DNA of 64,000 nt, taken from positions 320,001 to 384,000 of the forward strand of contig CAVTJJ010000003.1 of assembly GCA_963735035.1 (NCBI GenBank). Direction: 5' to 3'. Position 1 is the first letter of the stretch; each line of letters opens with the position of its first letter. Shown piece after piece: positions 19,636 to 29,714 of the stretch. This DNA is from an uncultured candidate division Zixibacteria bacterium. GTDB taxonomy: Bacteria; Zixibacteria; MSB-5A5; GN15; FEB-12. The notes under the pieces were generated by a model, which was not told the DNA's origin, ran no database searches, and saw only the letters and a program-made list of their open reading frames with translations. The position numbers and the translations under genes were made by a program.

Positions 19636-21762
19636 ATGAATATCAGAATGACACTGGGACGTAAAATCATGCTGCTTGTCTTTTGCGTACTGGCTCTTTC
19701 GATTGTCGGTATCGCCACGATCAGTATATCCCAGTCACGTACCTACATGACCGATATGGCCAAGAGCGATCTGGCTCACATGGCTACCATGGCCCGCGAC
19801 ATGTGCGAGGCCAGCGCCGAACTGAGTCTGGCCATGGTGAAAGCGAACATGGAAACGGCCCATCTGGCCTTTGAGCAGGCCGGCGGCAACCGGGTCGAGA
19901 TCGTCAATGGCAAGATGGTGGTAGGCGAAGGTGCCAAACAATGGGCGGCAAACGATGGTTTCGAGTTTGTCGATCAGATTACCGCTCTGACCGGCGCTCG
20001 TTGTACGATCTTTCAGAAAGATGGGACTACCGCCCGACGCATCAGCACCTCGGTGATTGCCGCCGACGGCAAGAGAGCCATCGGCACTACCATATCGCCG
20101 GAAGTCTATCGTGAAGTGTTCGACAATCGTCGTACCTACCAGGGTCGCGCATGGGTGGTCAGCGCCTGGTTTCTCACAATGTACGAGCCAATCAAAGATG
20201 TGAATGGTGACGTGATCGGCTCACTCTTTTGCGGGGTCCCGGAACAGTCGAAGCGCCTGACTGAACTTCTGGTGTCTCAGAAAGTCGGCGCCTCGGGATA
20301 CATCTATGTTATCAACTCGCAGGGTGTTCTGCAGGTACATCCCACCAAAGCAGGCACCAACCTCTCCGAATACGAATTCATAAAAGAGATCACAGCTAAG
20401 GGACCAAAGCTCGGCCGGAACGAACTCGGCTGGATCACTTACCCCTGGTTCGACAAGGAGCTCGGTGAGACCACACCTCGCGACAAGATAGTCGCGTACA
20501 GTTACTTCAAGGATCGCGACTGGATTGTCGCCGCCGGAAGTTATGCCGACGAATTCACCGCACCGGTCACGACAGTACGTAATGCCATTATCATGTTTGG
20601 CTTCATATCTCTGGTCATATCTCTGATCATCGGCTACCTGATGTCGCGATCGATCACCCGGCCGGTGCATGAACTGGTCAAAGTAGCCACCACGATCGCC
20701 GAAGGTGATGTCAGTTGTACGGTGGAGGTCCGGTCACAAGACGAAATCGGCGAGTTGGGCGAATCCTTCAATCGCGTGGTCACGTATTTGTCGGAAGCAG
20801 CTACCGCCGCCGACCAAATCGCTAACAACAATCTCTCGGTGAAGATAACCCCCCGTTCGGAACGTGATACGCTCGGCAAGTCGTTCGGCAAGATGGTCGA
20901 CAACCTGACCGGGATGATCCACCGCCTCACTTCCAGCGCTCATGAACTGCTCAGCGCTTCGGGCGAGATATCATCCACTTCAATGCAGATGTCACGCGGA
21001 GCCGCCGATCAATCCACCAAAGTGGATCAGGTGGTAACGTCGGTTGAAGAGATGACGGCGTCGATTCTTGGGGCGTCCAAGAACGCCGAGTCGGCCACTG
21101 AACTATCGCGCAAGGCCGCCGAGAACGCGGCTCACGGCGGGACGTTTGTCTCCCAGACTATCGACGGCATGAAGCGTATCACCGATCAGGTGCGCAGTTC
21201 GGCCGAGTCGATTGGCGCTCTTGCGAGTTCGGCTGACCAGATTGGTGAGATTATCAATGTCATTGAAGATATCGCCGATCAGACCAATCTATTGGCGCTC
21301 AACGCCGCGATTGAAGCGGCTCGCGCCGGCGAGCAGGGACGTGGCTTTGCGGTGGTGGCCGACGAAGTCCGCAAGTTGGCGGAACGTACCGGCAAGGCGA
21401 CCGGTGAAATCTCCGACATGATCAAGACTGTCCAGCATCAGACCGGCGACGCCGTCAACTCGATGGAGCAGGCGATCAAGCAGGTCTCGGTCGGTCAGGA
21501 GTTGGTCGATCAGGCCGGCCGGTCGCTCGGTGAGATCGTGGCCATGTCAGAGCAGGTCATGCATGTGGTGAAGGAAATGGCGGCCGGAGCGGGCGAACAA
21601 TCGGTGGCCGCCGAGGAGATTTCAGGAAATGTTCAGCAAATTGCGACGGTCATTAAGGATTCGGTTAAGGGAGCTGAGAAGGAAGCGGCTGCGGCCGAAG
21701 AACTCAACCGCCAGGCTGAATCAATGAACAAAATGGTGGAGGCGTTCAGGCTGGCACATTAG
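19636..21762 (+). CDS. Methyl-accepting chemotaxis protein, paralog of MCP1
   Basis: Same architecture and near-identical N-terminus ([17 protein letters not shown]); MCP signalling hairpin. Confidence 0.96.
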   Translation: MNIRMTLGRKIMLLVFCVLALSIVGIATISISQSRTYMTDMAKSDLAHMATMARDMCEASAELSLAMVKANMETAHLAFEQAGGNRVEIVNGKMVVGEGAKQWAANDGFEFVDQITALTGARCTIFQKDGTTARRISTSVIAADGKRAIGTTISPEVYREVFDNRRTYQGRAWVVSAWFLTMYEPIKDVNGDVIGSLFCGVPEQSKRLTELLVSQKVGASGYIYVINSQGVLQVHPTKAGTNLSEYEFIKEITAKGPKLGRNELGWITYPWFDKELGETTPRDKIVAYSYFKDRDWIVAAGSYADEFTAPVTTVRNAIIMFGFISLVISLIIGYLMSRSITRPVHELVKVATTIAEGDVSCTVEVRSQDEIGELGESFNRVVTYLSEAATAADQIANNNLSVKITPRSERDTLGKSFGKMVDNLTGMIHRLTSSAHELLSASGEISSTSMQMSRGAADQSTKVDQVVTSVEEMTASILGASKNAESATELSRKAAENAAHGGTFVSQTIDGMKRITDQVRSSAESIGALASSADQIGEIINVIEDIADQTNLLALNAAIEAARAGEQGRGFAVVADEVRKLAERTGKATGEISDMIKTVQHQTGDAVNSMEQAIKQVSVGQELVDQAGRSLGEIVAMSEQVMHVVKEMAAGAGEQSVAAEEISGNVQQIATVIKDSVKGAEKEAAAAEELNRQAESMNKMVEAFRLAH

Positions 21763-21791
21763 CGCCGGCGTGGCCTCAATTCGGTAATCAT

Positions 21792-21819
21792 AAGGCCGCC
21801 CACATGGGCGGCCTTTTTT
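21792..21819 (+). terminator. Rho-independent terminator after MCP2
   Basis: AAGGCCGCCC-ACAT-GGGCGGCCTTTTTT. Confidence 0.85.
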
Positions 21820-21889
21820 ATTCTTTTCGTCGTCCCCGAGACGTCGGGACACAAGGGTCAACTGTACCCCGCCCAGCGGGTGGGAATCT

Positions 21890-24289
21890 TCATTTCAATA
21901 TGACCAGCTTCCCGATCTGGGTGCGGGTGGTGGATTCCACCACCCAATAATACAGCCCCGACTCTACCGCCAGACCGGAACGGCTGACTAAGTTCCACCA
22001 GTCGTGCATCGACTCCGGGCCGCCTTCGGGGAAGTTGTGATCGATCGTGCCAATATGATCGCCATCGAGAGAATAGACTTTGATTTTACAAACGCGTGGC
22101 AGATTGCCGAAATGGATCAGCCGCGCCCGGTCGGGAATGATATTCCCCTTGCGATTCTCGTAGCCGCCGTCCTCATATTTGGCGTCAACTCTGTAGGGAT
22201 TGGGATAGACATAGGCGTTAAGGTTCTCTTCTTCGACAATTTCCGATGAAGTCTGCGCGTAGCATTCAGTGAGATTGTTCAGCGAATTCGTCTCATCGGG
22301 AGGCATGTTACCGCGTCCACCGGCGTATCCGAAGTCAAATACTGTCACCGCGACAAAATATGGCACAGTCGGCAGCAGGTTGTCGATGACGTATTCATAC
22401 TCATAGTATTTGGGAAGTCTGCGGCCGTCGTGCTCGGTCGTGATGTCAGCTTCGGTCCAGAGAGTCGAGTCGGTGCCGGGGTTGATAGCATCAGGATAGG
22501 CTTTGTGAATGCCGTTTGGTGTAGTCAGGCTGTACACGTTTTCGTCCACGGAGGAGAAATAGAAAGCGCTGTCGCCGTCTATCAACGGCCGTTGGCGGGG
22601 GTAATCATCCGGGTTGAAATCGGGATTGTTATGAAGAATGCGGAGTGAATCGAGACTGAAGGGTGGATCATCGTTGAACCAGCGACTTTCGCCTGATCCA
22701 AGTTTGTTGTACTTCCTGCGCAGCCAATCTTGTTTGTCGTAACTGGTCAACAGAGCCAGACTTGTTTTCCGGTTATCCAGACCACAATAGACGCGGTACC
22801 CCTCGAAATCGATCAGATTCGAGAAGATATCTTTCGTTGTTTCGGAGAGAAAGCCGTTCCAACGGACAATGATCTTCCCAGCTTCAGTTTCGAATCGTGT
22901 GAACGGTATCGGCGGCGGCGTGTTGCCACGGAAATCAGGGACACCATCACCTTTGTACCAGGTCGTTTCGCCTTCACATATACGATACTCGCCGAAATAG
23001 CCATCGCTGTCGGTATCCACACCGGGGTTGTCATACACCCACTGCGCCCAGCGAGCGTTGGCTGCAAGTTCCGAGAAATCGAGCTGATCATAATACGGCT
23101 GAGGGTTGTATGTTTCGAAAACTGCGTTCGGATTGGTGTGAACGTTGTCACCGCCGACTACGGCGATGGTGAAAGAAAAGTTCTCTCTGGGACTCAGTTC
23201 AAACGGACCAAACGATAACATGGCTTGTCCCCATGATCCGGACGCAATCAGATCAGCGTCCCCCGGTGGAGGCAACCATCCTTCGTTCCCTTGATCCACG
23301 GTAGTGAAGATCTGGTCATAGTCAACTTCCGGGTGAGACATAACATAGTAGAAATTCACATCCTTGTACGGCTGACCAAGGAAGGGGCCAATCGGTCGAA
23401 ACGGATCGTCCGCCGTTCCTTTCCGTCTCGGCCCGAAACTTTCTCGCAGGCTGTTGGTACCAATCCACCAGTTGAAGTTGAGTTTGGTAGAATCTGATAG
23501 TCCCCCGAGTACCATAACGCCCACGGCCGCGCGAGGGGACTGGCTCGTATATTCACCGCCGCTCGGATCGCCGTCGTTGTCCATCACGTACGCCAAATCA
23601 AGCGTATCGATAAAACGACATTCTTCAGATGGCCTGGAATACCTCAGAAGGCCTGCCAGGTTATCCTGGTCATCGTTCCCATCAACAAACACCGAACTTG
23701 CCCATGTCCATTGATCAAGACCGATGTACATCTGTTCCAGGTGCTTGCCGCCCGTGTTGGCGATGTTGAATTCGATAATCACGAAATCGCCGATAGATCC
23801 CCCTCCCCACGCCATAGAGCGTTGAGTGATTGTCAATCCAAGGGGGATGTGCTTGCGGACGTCCCAACCAGTCGTCTGGAAGGGCACTTGGTAGTTATCA
23901 TAGTATTTGCAGATGAGATCAAGTTGCGACCTTGCGTTCGTAGAATAGTAAATCGATCTGGGATCACGACTCAGTATTGTAAATTTGTTTGAACCTGCCT
24001 CCGGAGCTATCTCCCATGGATTGGACACCAGGGTGTCAGTGCCAACAACGGCACCAACACTCAAGTCGACAGCACAGTAGCGCCTATAGCTGCCCCTGGG
24101 ATAGACGCATCCGAAAACGCTATCGCCAGTGACTGGGTCAATTGCCTCAGTGACACCGAACTTCCCGCTGTTGCATACTGATAACTGGAGGTTGCCACAT
24201 GAATGCGCATAGCATCCTGCATCTTGAGCCACAGCCACGGCACGCCAAGAACACAGTAGTGTCAATAGTGCGAGCAGGTAAAGTAACAT
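21890..24289 (-). CDS. Large secreted protein with DxDxDG loops, FN3-like segment and T9SS/FlgD-like C-terminal domain
   Basis: Signal peptide; DNDGD and DTDSDG; IIVRWN...FEGYRVY...YFVAVTVFD; C-terminal AYVYPNPY...IKVYSLDG...WNLVS...SGLYY...GKLVILK. Confidence 0.8.
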   Translation of the reverse strand: MLLYLLALLTLLCSWRAVAVAQDAGCYAHSCGNLQLSVCNSGKFGVTEAIDPVTGDSVFGCVYPRGSYRRYCAVDLSVGAVVGTDTLVSNPWEIAPEAGSNKFTILSRDPRSIYYSTNARSQLDLICKYYDNYQVPFQTTGWDVRKHIPLGLTITQRSMAWGGGSIGDFVIIEFNIANTGGKHLEQMYIGLDQWTWASSVFVDGNDDQDNLAGLLRYSRPSEECRFIDTLDLAYVMDNDGDPSGGEYTSQSPRAAVGVMVLGGLSDSTKLNFNWWIGTNSLRESFGPRRKGTADDPFRPIGPFLGQPYKDVNFYYVMSHPEVDYDQIFTTVDQGNEGWLPPPGDADLIASGSWGQAMLSFGPFELSPRENFSFTIAVVGGDNVHTNPNAVFETYNPQPYYDQLDFSELAANARWAQWVYDNPGVDTDSDGYFGEYRICEGETTWYKGDGVPDFRGNTPPPIPFTRFETEAGKIIVRWNGFLSETTKDIFSNLIDFEGYRVYCGLDNRKTSLALLTSYDKQDWLRRKYNKLGSGESRWFNDDPPFSLDSLRILHNNPDFNPDDYPRQRPLIDGDSAFYFSSVDENVYSLTTPNGIHKAYPDAINPGTDSTLWTEADITTEHDGRRLPKYYEYEYVIDNLLPTVPYFVAVTVFDFGYAGGRGNMPPDETNSLNNLTECYAQTSSEIVEEENLNAYVYPNPYRVDAKYEDGGYENRKGNIIPDRARLIHFGNLPRVCKIKVYSLDGDHIGTIDHNFPEGGPESMHDWWNLVSRSGLAVESGLYYWVVESTTRTQIGKLVILK

Positions 24290-24526
24290 GCTCCATCCGA
24301 GACGACATTGACTTAGATGCATAAGAAAGTCAAATGAATACTATAGTTTGTCTGCAAATGAGCCACCCTCCTGTTGCAATTCTCTACAACCGTACACCAA
24401 TTATTCGAACCACCTAACTGCCGCTCCCGAGTCTCAAATTACTTCCGGCACTGGATTCGCAGGTCATAGCTCAAGTAGAATGCAATCTCGAGCCGGAATA
24501 CTACACTGAACGCGGAATCACCGCCT

Positions 24527-24820
24527 CTATGATTCAGGCCCGCACTGATAGGTAAAGTGATCGCAAACTGCCCCACAGTCTGGGGCGAAGAAGCCGGTGC
24601 ATTGAAAGACCTCACCCACACCAGGCACATAGGTAACTATCCAGTGGCCTTGTACTGCTATCTGCTCCGGATCATCAGGGCAGTAACTCATACAGCACGC
24701 GCAAGCCATAAAGGGATCCGGCTCCGCTTGCGCCTGGCTCGCCAGCGTGAAGCTGAAACCGAGCGTAAACGCAAACAGGAACAGGTACGTGTAAACTATC
24801 AGAACTTTCTTGTTTTTCAT
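24527..24820 (-). CDS. Small secreted cysteine-rich peptide (97-aa precursor, 8 Cys)
   Basis: AGGAAGGAG RBS; signal peptide ending AQA; mature region EPDPFMACACCMSYC...FQC...PDC..VC...YQCGPES. Confidence 0.8.
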   Translation of the reverse strand: MKNKKVLIVYTYLFLFAFTLGFSFTLASQAQAEPDPFMACACCMSYCPDDPEQIAVQGHWIVTYVPGVGEVFQCTGFFAPDCGAVCDHFTYQCGPES

Positions 24821-24908
24821 AGTAAAGTTCTCCTTCCTATGGTTAGATAGGTTTCGTGTTAAAGGAAGGGAACGGACAGTCAGGCGGTATTGCATTTGTT
24901 CTTCCTAC

Positions 24909-25702
24909 TCACCCTTCGACAGGCTCAGGGTGACGAAGCACGTGCCCGACAGTTGCTATCTCTGTCATGCCTGTGGAGGCAGGCACCCAGACAAGATCGC
25001 CATACACCAACACCCCATTGCGAGAAGCATGCTCATGATGAGCATCTGTCGAACAATCTACCTCTCTGACCGGCCACCTTGACTGGGCACCCGCCTGCGC
25101 GGGTGTGACGGAGTGAGCCGCTTCAAACAACTGTTCATTGTCATCCGGTAGAAGCGTGTTCGCATGAATCGTTTGGATCACACGGTCACGGTCCACCACT
25201 AGATTGAAAGGGAACGACTGAATCTTCAATGCCGCCCCGAACTGCCGTTCATTTTCGTACAATATCTCACACCCCAGACCGTAATCTTCTCGTATGCGCT
25301 GCATGTGCAACGGATTGGCCGAGGTGATAAGAATCACATGTTCGTAATCGTCTGGACCCTTAGCGACACTCCGCAAACGCTCGAGTTCTTCCAGGCAGGC
25401 GTCGCAGTCCGGCTTAAGATATGTAATCAGTGTTTTGTCTGTAGCCAGTTCAGACAGAAGGTGTAGTTTCCCGTCGATGTCTTCGAGTGGGAAGTTCCCC
25501 AACGTGTCCCCCACTTTGATTGTCCCCATTTTCCTCAGGATCATCGCCGTCTGCTCGGCGGCCTGGGTGCGGTACTCATCGGCGTTCCGGCTGAGATTCC
25601 ACTCTTTCATCCACTCAGCTGATTGTGTACCAATGAGATAGGCGAGCGCTACCAGCGTCACCCCCCCATAACCCATACTACTTTACTCTTGATTTGATCC
25701 AT
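24909..25702 (-). CDS. Membrane-anchored redoxin (TlpA/ResA-like thioredoxin fold); frameshift in a G7 tract near the N-terminus; REP-derived C-terminal tail
   Basis: KVGDTLGNFPLEDIDG, PDCDAC (CxxC), SFPFNLVVD. RBS GAGGGAG precedes ATG 25702, which is out of frame at G7 (25661-25667). Confidence 0.8.
24910..25108. repeat. REP cluster inside the 3' end of the redoxin ORF
   Basis: CCCTTCGACAGGCTCAGGGTGAC plus the inverted pair GTCATGCCTGTGGAGGCAGGCACCCAG and CTGGGCACCCGCCTGCGCGGGTGTGAC. Confidence 0.75.
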
Positions 25703-25727
25703 TTGCTGCTCCCTCTTTGCGTTTCAT

Positions 25728-26018
25728 CCGGCAGATGTGGACATCTGCCGGGCACGAAGCTGACCCACAGCAAGCTGTGGGCTACCCCTTTCGACCGTCC
25801 GGCAGGGTTAGAACCCTGCCGATCACAATTGACTGCCGATCAAAATTAACGTGGTGTCGTGCCGGAACCCTCAAGATACGGGGGATGCTGTCTCCTGATA
25901 GGCAGGATAACTAACGCCGCTGTGTGATGCAAGAGGAAAACGCGGTTCTGCCGGAGAGCGCTCGGCAGGGGTGGAACCCTGCCGATTAAATTGACTGCTC
26001 ACACCCTTGGGTGCCCCC
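25728..26018. repeat. Mosaic REP cluster
   Basis: CCGGCAGATGTGGACATCTGCCGGGCAC, CCCACAGCAAGCTGTGGG and two CGGCAGGG..GAACCCTGCCGAT..AATTGACTGC copies. Confidence 0.85.
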
Positions 26019-27050
26019 CTAAGTTCACAAACGAAGTGCAACACCTGTTAAAGGTGTTGTCATGGAACGAAGATATGCACAGATCAATCTTGAAGAGCGG
26101 TGTGAGATTGCCCGCTTACACACCAACGGGCGGTCGCTCCGGCAAATCGCGGCAGCTCTGGATCGCGCGCCATCGACCATTGCTCGGGAGATAAGGCGAA
26201 ATCGCAGCCGACAAAGCGGTTACCTGCCCGCCTATGCCAACGACCAGAGCCGTGCCCGGCGTTGGACCGGCTCCAAATTGGATCGCCGTCCAGAACTGCG
26301 CGACATGGTAGTGATGGGACTAGCTAATGGTTTGTCTCCGGAGTTGGTCGCGGGAAGGCTGGCCGTGGAGATGGGCCGGAAGGTGATTTCCTACGAAACG
26401 ATCTACCGGTTTATCTACGCGCAGATCGCCCGTACTAAGGATTACACTTGGCGGTACTTACTGATCCGTGGCCGAGCCAGACGTAGCTGGCGAGGGTGCA
26501 AGAGAGGTCGGTCGACGTCGTCTATAGCCCTGCGGTGCCCTATCTCCGCGCGGCCGAAGAGCGCCAAGAGCCGGAAAACACCAGGACACTGGGAAGGTGA
26601 TCTCATGAACTTCCGAAAACCCGATCAGAGCGTCCTCGTCCTTCATGAGCGACACTCACGCCTGATGATGGGGGTTAAGCTACCCGCCAAAGATGCCGCC
26701 TCGGTTGCTAAGGCCATGTGCACTCTCCTGGCACCCTTGCCGCCCGCCTGGCGACAGACCATCACCTTCGATAACGGTCCCGAGTTCGGCCAGCACTACC
26801 GACTCCATGACCACGACATCGAGACCTACTTCTGTAACACCTACTCACCCTGGCAGAAAGGCGGCGTCGAAAATGGAATCGGTCGCCTCCGACGCCGACT
26901 CCCTCGGTCAACCGACTTGACCAAACTCTCGCCGAGACGGTTCGCAGACTTCTTTCAAATCTACAATAACACGCCTCGAAAATGCCTGGACTTCCTCACT
27001 CCAGCAGAGTTCTTTTGGCTCGAACTGTTGCACTTCAAATGTGAATCCAG
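26019..27050 (+). mobile_element. IS30-family insertion sequence, copy 1
   Basis: Terminal IRs TTCACAAACGAAGTGCAACA / TGTTGCACTTCAAATGTGAA; no differences seen from 35941-36972. Exact ends are ambiguous within poly-C. Confidence 0.92.
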
Positions 27051-27060
27051 CCCCGCCTGA
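26062..27060 (+). CDS. IS30-family DDE transposase
   Basis: HTH SLRQIAAALDRAPSTIAREIRRN, SYETIY, GHWEGD, TITFDNGPEF, SPWQKGGVEN, NNTPRKCL. Confidence 0.96.
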   Translation: MERRYAQINLEERCEIARLHTNGRSLRQIAAALDRAPSTIAREIRRNRSRQSGYLPAYANDQSRARRWTGSKLDRRPELRDMVVMGLANGLSPELVAGRLAVEMGRKVISYETIYRFIYAQIARTKDYTWRYLLIRGRARRSWRGCKRGRSTSSIALRCPISARPKSAKSRKTPGHWEGDLMNFRKPDQSVLVLHERHSRLMMGVKLPAKDAASVAKAMCTLLAPLPPAWRQTITFDNGPEFGQHYRLHDHDIETYFCNTYSPWQKGGVENGIGRLRRRLPRSTDLTKLSPRRFADFFQIYNNTPRKCLDFLTPAEFFWLELLHFKCESSPA

Positions 27061-27086
27061 AGCGGGGCAAGACGGAATTCAAATAC

Positions 27087-28628
27087 CTATACTTTGTACA
27101 CTTCCGTGATGTCGCTGTTGTCGTTCGCGTTGTACATGCGATAGTCGCTCTGGTTCAAGGTCGTGTCACGCACCAGATTGATCCGGCAGCGCGACGCCTT
27201 CATGATCCGCGCAATCCGGCTCGAACCATTGCCATTCAACATCACTTCCGCCATATCCGGATTCACAACGAGATGAAAATCACGATACTTGCTCGCCGAA
27301 CGCGCCCGATGAAACCAGCGCTCGATCTTGGTCGCGACATTTTCCTTCGACATGATCCGCCCGACCCCCTCGCAGTGCGGGCAGGGCTCCGACAAGGTCT
27401 GCATGTGCGACGGACGCACCCGCTCGCGAGTCATTTCGATCAGGCCGAATTCCGTCACCGGATTAATCGCCCGTTTGGCGCGATCATAGCGGAACGCCCC
27501 CTGGAATTCGTCGAGCAACCGCCGACGGTTGTCGCGGTTATACATATCAATGAAATCGCAAACGATCAGGCCGCCCATGTCGCGCAGACGAATCTGGCGC
27601 GCGATTTCTTTCGCAGCCATCAGGTTCGTCTGAAAGATCGTGTTCTCCTGATCGCGCCGCCCGACAAACCGGCCGGTGTTGACATCAATAGTCACCATCG
27701 CCTCGGTCTGGTCAATCACGAGATAAGCGCCCTTCTTGATCCAGACTTTGCGGCTGAGCATCTTGTCGAGCTCCGGTTCCAGATTGTGTTCGTCGAAAAC
27801 CGGCTTGCTCCCTTTGTACAAATGCACCCGGCTTTTCAAATGCGGGAGCACTTGACGGGCGTAGCTGATGATCTTCTTGTAATCATCGCGGTAGTCGCAG
27901 ATGACTTTATCGACCTCGTCGGTGAAAACGTCGCGAATCATCGCAACCACCATGTCGGCTTCTTTGTGGACGAGCGACGGCGCCGGAAGACGATCCGCCT
28001 TGGCTTTGAGTTTGGCCCAAAGTCGCATCAGGCGCTTGATGTCAGCTTCGAAATCCCGTTCCTCGCGCCCTTCGGCTTCGGTGCGGATGATTAACCCGAA
28101 CCCTTCCGGCCGATGCGGCGAGATCGCCTTGCGCAAGCGGCGCTTCTCGCCCCAGTTGGTAATTCGTTTGGAGACGCGTACGTGATCATCGTCCGGCACC
28201 AAAACCAGATAGCGGCCGGCGAGCGAAATTTCCGATGCAATCCGCGGTCCTTTGGTGGAGATAGGCTCCTTGATGACTTGAACCAGAATCTCCTGGTTCT
28301 TCTTCAGAACTGTCTCGATTCCGGCGCGGCGGGTCTTGCGGATGATCTCCGCGGGGGCTTCTTCTTCCTCGTCTTCGTCCGATTCGTACGTGTCGTGATA
28401 GACCTTGCCGATATCGGACGAGTGCAGGTAGGCGGCTCGTTCGAGACCGATGTCGACAAACGCGGCCTGCATGCCGGGCAGAACCGAACTGATTTTGCCC
28501 TTGTAGATGTCGCCGACCATGCGGTCCGATCCGGCCCGTTCGACCTGGAGTTCCACCAGTTCGCCGTCTTCCAGGATCGCCACGCGAGTTTCGTACTCGG
28601 TGGTGTTGATAATAATTTCTTTCCTCAC
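27087..28628 (-). CDS. rng: Ribonuclease E/G family (RNase G-length)
   Basis: VGDIYKG, PGMQAAFVDIG, IDQTEAMVTIDVNTG, QIRLRDMGGLIVCDFIDM, CPHCEGVG. Confidence 0.95.
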   Translation of the reverse strand: MRKEIIINTTEYETRVAILEDGELVELQVERAGSDRMVGDIYKGKISSVLPGMQAAFVDIGLERAAYLHSSDIGKVYHDTYESDEDEEEEAPAEIIRKTRRAGIETVLKKNQEILVQVIKEPISTKGPRIASEISLAGRYLVLVPDDDHVRVSKRITNWGEKRRLRKAISPHRPEGFGLIIRTEAEGREERDFEADIKRLMRLWAKLKAKADRLPAPSLVHKEADMVVAMIRDVFTDEVDKVICDYRDDYKKIISYARQVLPHLKSRVHLYKGSKPVFDEHNLEPELDKMLSRKVWIKKGAYLVIDQTEAMVTIDVNTGRFVGRRDQENTIFQTNLMAAKEIARQIRLRDMGGLIVCDFIDMYNRDNRRRLLDEFQGAFRYDRAKRAINPVTEFGLIEMTRERVRPSHMQTLSEPCPHCEGVGRIMSKENVATKIERWFHRARSASKYRDFHLVVNPDMAEVMLNGNGSSRIARIMKASRCRINLVRDTTLNQSDYRMYNANDNSDITEVYKV

Positions 28629-29578
28629 AATAACTCCGTCTTTCCCTCTCGGGTAAACGATTCACCGGCGACCGGTCTGAAGCCGTTGATGAACGATACG
28701 CCGTCCATCTCTTTCTTTCCGGCCGGGACAACTTTGGTCAGCTCGACTACGCCGCTTCCGCAGACAACCCGAAGGGCTTTCCGGTCGGGCAGGATACTTC
28801 CGACCGGTAATGCTGAGACAGCCATCTGTTCGGAGACACTCGCAAAATGCACTTTGAGCATCTGGCTCCGAAAGTAGGTGTACGCCCCCGGCTTCGTAGC
28901 CATGCCCCGGATGAAATCAGCGACCCGGGTCGCGGGCTGATCAAAATTGATCAGAGCGTCTTCCGGTCGGATTTTCGGGGCGGGGGTAGCGGCGGTGTTG
29001 TCCTGGGGGATCGGGCGGGTTTCGCCCCGTGCGATCAGGTCCAGGGTTTCGAGCGTGAACGGCCCGGCTATTGTGGCCAGACGGTCGTACAGTGAATCAT
29101 AGGTATCATTTGGGGCGATCGGGACCTTCGTCTGAAGAATCATGTCGCCCGTGTCTACTTGTCGTTTCAAAAAGAAGCTGGTCAGACCGGTCACGGACTC
29201 GCCGTTGATAATGGCCCAGTTGATCGGAGCGGCGCCCCGATATTTGGGTAGAAGCGAGGCGTGGATGTTGATCGAACCGAGCTTCGGCAGTTCGAACAAC
29301 GACGGCGGGAGAATCCTGAAAGCGGCCACGATGAACAGATCGGCTTTGAGCGCAGCCAGCTTTTCGCGAAGATCGGGATCCTTGAGCGACAGCGGCATCA
29401 GGACCGGCAACTTGTGCTCACGAGCATACTCGTGCACCGCGGTTGAGGTCATCACCCGCCGGCGGCCGACCGGTTTATCCGCACCGGTAACCACGGTCAC
29501 AATTTCATGGCTGCTGTTGTTCAGGACGGATAGAATGGCTCGCGCGAATTCCGGCGTCCCCATAAACACAATCTTCAT
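28625..29578 (-). CDS. fmt: Methionyl-tRNA formyltransferase
   Basis: MKIVFMGTPEFA, INIHASLLPKYRGAAPINWAI, VDTGD. Confidence 0.97.
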   Translation of the reverse strand: MKIVFMGTPEFARAILSVLNNSSHEIVTVVTGADKPVGRRRVMTSTAVHEYAREHKLPVLMPLSLKDPDLREKLAALKADLFIVAAFRILPPSLFELPKLGSINIHASLLPKYRGAAPINWAIINGESVTGLTSFFLKRQVDTGDMILQTKVPIAPNDTYDSLYDRLATIAGPFTLETLDLIARGETRPIPQDNTAATPAPKIRPEDALINFDQPATRVADFIRGMATKPGAYTYFRSQMLKVHFASVSEQMAVSALPVGSILPDRKALRVVCGSGVVELTKVVPAGKKEMDGVSFINGFRPVAGESFTREGKTELL

Positions 29579-29714
29579 CGTCGCATGGCCGTGGCATACC
29601 CACAAACCCGACATGGCCCGGGTAGACGCACCCGGGTGGCCTGATCTGGTGGAGCAGTGGATTTGTCGGCCGGTCGCCGTTCAGACGGCGAACGAAGCAG
29701 GGGGAAGCAAATCT

